DNA of 64,000 bases from Saccostrea echinata (Eukaryota): contig NW_026889750.1 in the NCBI RefSeq assembly GCF_033153115.1, positions 25,792,001-25,856,000 on the forward strand. The letters run 5' to 3'. Under the pieces are notes generated by a model. That model searched no databases. It saw only the letters and a list, made by a program, of their open reading frames with translations, and was not told the origin of the DNA. The translations under genes were made by a program, and so were the position numbers. Below, piece by piece: positions 60,321 through 64,000 of this stretch; the stretch's first letter is position 1, and each line of letters begins with the position of its first letter.

Positions 60321-62684
60321 GATACCTGAAAGCGTTAAAAATTTTAAATACAGTGTATCTATCTCCCCCCCCCACCCACCCACCCACCCACCCCCCCAAA
60401 AAAATACACCAAGAATGCACGATTTTTGACTTCTCATGCAGGCAGTACAGCCGAGATTTAAGTACATGTATATCTTTGTTTTACCCCTAAATTCTAGCAT
60501 TTTGCTGAACATTTTTAACAAATGACAAAATGCTCTCTGCCAAGGCTTTCATTCTTGTTGTTCAAATCACTTGCTATTAAGCGAAATCCAAACAAACTAA
60601 GACTTATTTGATTAGTTAATACACGAATCCCAGCTACAGTTAACAAATCAGTACCTATAGCAAATGCAGGGATGATAATTTTGACATTGGCCTATGAAAA
60701 AAGTTTACTAATGTATTGAAAAGAAAACATATAGGTATGGATACAATTTAATATACTTAATACATCATTATAACATTTGTGTCTGCACCACACTATTGCA
60801 GTGAGCAAGCAACAAAAAGGTTTGAAAATCTGGCACAATAATAATTTGCAGCTAAGTTTAACAAATTGTCCTAAATGATGAACAGTAAATAGTTTCCATT
60901 ATGCGACAGAAGCAAAGGGGAATAAGTCAACTATTTCATACAAGTATCACAATAAAAATATATTCTGGAAGCACAATTTACATGTAGTAGAATGCAAGAC
61001 ATGTACTTTATATAAAAATCAAATAAGAGGTAACTATTACAAGTTTCTTTCTGTTTAACCATACATCTACAATAACATGTTTCATAATTCGGACTAGTTA
61101 AAACAAATAATTTGTTTTAATTAGTACAGTCACAGGGTTAACTGGTATTTGACATTTTGTCTTTATTGATAAAAAAAATCCATACCTTATTATAGTATAG
61201 AATTTTTTTTTATCAATGAAAAGAAATATTTAAAACATAAAGTGTCTGTGACAGGTTTATATTTCCTAACAATTTTTTTTAGCTGCACTGGGCTACACAC
61301 AACATTCCGGCATGACCACATATATGGGCCAAACAATAATAATATAAACCCAATTCCTAGGGAGGTAAATCGGAGGCTATACATGTAACTATAAAAACCA
61401 ATCACAAGATTATACATGTAGCTAATAACCATTCACAAAGTTATACATGTAGCTCATAACAATTCAAAAAACATTTGTAGGCTAGCAATACTAGTATTTC
61501 ATTTTCTGCCTAACAGAGTATATTGTTTGGAACGTATTAGTATTTTTGATTCATACATGTAGCACAGAAAACAAAAGAAAAAAAAACTTTCAATTGGCCT
61601 AAATGTTAACCTCAGTTAAGAGATAGTTTATACCAAACCAAGTTAAGGGAATTTTACATCCAACCGATAATTAATGTAACACAAATGTGAATTTTTGCAT
61701 GAAGTAAGCATGCTTCTTCATAATTTTGATTAAATTTTTGAATTTTTGGGTTAACTTATTCATCACTGTTTCCACAGTAAGAATTGCTATTGGCACCACT
61801 TGGGCTGAATATTGTGGGCTTGTTAACCTAATAACATTAATCTGGGTTAACTTCTTCCAATGTGAATATTCAAACTATCCATAAAATATAAAAATAAATT
61901 CTATTTCCCCCACCCCCATCCCTTTCTCCCAAAAGGCAGTCATTCTGTACACACTTACAGTGTTATTTACTCCTTTTTCCTAAATACCCGGGGAAAAAAT
62001 CAAATCTTCACCAAATACATACACTTATGTAAAAGAGCACACAATCATATACTCAAATGCATCACCAAGAGCTGTAAAATTAAAGAAAATTTTAAAAACT
62101 TTACACTGAACATTTCTCAACAAGAAATAAACATTATAAAAATTTTTAGCAGCTGAATAAATTTCAGTGTAACTAATGCCGATATTTTCTGTGACTACTG
62201 TTACACATTGATTTTATTATGCATGTCTTGCATTATGCTATTAAAGCAGAAAATTGTTTGCAAGATGTCTTAAGATGAAATATTAATACTGGCAAGTAAA
62301 TTAACAGCAAAAAAAAAAATTTTTTTTAAAAACAAACAAACAAAAATGTTCCAGCAATATTGTAAATATAAATGTCTTCATGGCACAAAAAACAGTATTG
62401 AAACCTGAATCAGTAAGAGGTAATCAGTGACTAAGAGTACTAGTCAAATGTCAATCTGAAATCATTCAAGAATCCAATTTAAAGAAAGAAGATGGGTGAA
62501 CATGACGAGCGATAAGCCTATAGTACGTGTGACAAACATCAAGATGAAAAATTAAATTTCAATTATATCAAAATTTTCCTTGATAATTCGTCCAACATTA
62601 AAATGTACTTTGTGTAAAGTCTCTACAATTTGCAAAAATCCCTCAAAGATTGAAATTATTTGCCTATGAAATATTATACACACA

Positions 62685-63230
62685 TTAAAGCGGGCAAAAA
62701 GAGTCATTTTTCTCATACTATAGCACTATTTTTCGATATGAGTGGGTCTTTGCTCCACTTTTTTGAAAGTTAATCCTCAAAGTTTGCATAAAGATATACA
62801 TTTTTTGGTTACCAAAAATATGGAGCAATGACCCACTATACCTTAAAAATATACTTTTATGACATAACATTCGCATCTTTTCGAGAAATACTTGAAGTCC
62901 ATTAAGTCAAGGGTCATATCACAAACATGATTTAAATGCCACTCTTCATCAGGACTTCTGTAGTCTAGTGGTTAGCGTGCTAGTCTCGAAAGAAAATGAT
63001 ACTCGGGATTTTTATTGCTTGGGTTCGAACCCCACGAATACCACATTATTTTTTAATAAAAGAATAAATTTGAACGAGAAAATTTTCCTCAAAAAAGTGT
63101 TGTTAATTATAATTTTATAAAGTTCAATAATGAGAACTTTACTCTAAATACTAAATTCACAAACTGCACGACTTTTATATATCTGAAGCTATAGGCTTTC
63201 TGCACGCTATGTTTGCCCATCTCCTTTGAA
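62685..63230. mobile_element. Degenerate AAAG-ended element with a tRNA-like Pol III cassette
   Basis: Imperfect ends ttaaag..gggcaaa / tttgccc..ctttgaa. tagtctagtggttagcg (A box) and gggttcgaacccc (B box) at 62959-63036. Confidence 0.4.
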
Positions 63231-64000
63231 AAACATGAAGGCTAATTTTTTTTCACTAGTCTGTAATCTTATGATTTTTTTTCATATTAATTCCTTTTAT
63301 CTTAGACATTTACCAGGGTCATTCAAAAAATATGTAGACAATGTCACTCCTTGTCGTATCAATTTTCAGAAATTCAAGATCAAAACATTATCATACATAA
63401 AAAATTTACTTTGTCAATGTGTGCAGTTTCATTCCATTTGATCAAATGGATCTTATCAACATGTTTTTTTCTCAATGGAGCACTCTTGACAACATTTCAA
63501 TATCAAAACCATAACAGTTTCGCAAAAACATTCCCCTTTACATATAGCCTTTGGCATATTACCCACCCATTGAAAAACGTTTCAACACCAACTGACACAT
63601 TTTTGCTTATTAATGTTCCAGAAGCATGATTTAGTTTGTCAGTTTTTAATTTTTTCTCTGCTTTCAAGTTTGGCACTAATAAAGCTCCCATCACTTTTCC
63701 ATGATGTACGTTACTCATTAGACCTATACTGAATATCTGTTCCCTCTCAGGCTGTCTTTAGACCAATACAAAGTATTTTCCAATCAAAAACTGCCACTGC
63801 CTTTTAAACACAAATGCATGGATCACTTTTGATATAGTTCCTGCTTACTCCAGCATTTTCAGAGTTTATTTTAGAGTTTATCAGAGTGCAACACAAAACT
63901 GTTTTGCTACTCTCTGCTCCGTGATAATTCCTGCAATGTTACTTTTTTCAATGACTACCTGTCTTCTGCAATTGACTTCTGCTCAAGGAAGCAATATATT

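Noticed and set aside
60500-64000. Possible gene at the right end
   Set aside because: Only short ORFs with no recognisable domain or consistent exon chain; it may be UTR or intron of a gene outside the window.

Overview
AT-rich, intron-containing eukaryotic DNA. The repeat repertoire suggests a bivalve mollusc, probably oyster-like (inference). Four protein-coding loci can be built by hand from GT-AG splice sites with consistent exon phases. (1) The 3' end of a single-pass receptor with a Tyr-rich tail (78-785, +). (2) A complete 6-exon, ~461-aa type I membrane protein with a short, divergent C-type-lectin-like domain and a long Tyr-motif tail (1735-6801, +), a probable tandem paralogue of (1). 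(3) A class A GPCR with a single coding exon and a very long third intracellular loop (11730-13400, -). (4) A 12-coding-exon, ~844-aa secreted animal haem peroxidase with low-complexity N- and C-terminal extensions (32544-45606, -). The rest is mostly repeats: about 7 decayed Penelope-like RT retroelement fragments sharing a structured 3' tail, a 5.3-kb TGT..ACA (Ginger-like) non-autonomous element carrying a 116-bp satellite, Helentron-type elements with a ~146-bp satellite, a tRNA-headed SINE with a 12-bp TSD, hAT/Tc1-like MITEs, AAAG-ended TIR elements with internal tRNA-like Pol III cassettes, two local duplications and one assembly gap. No CRISPR array, rRNA or convincing tRNA gene was found. 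All assignments come from reading the sequence; no database searches were run.
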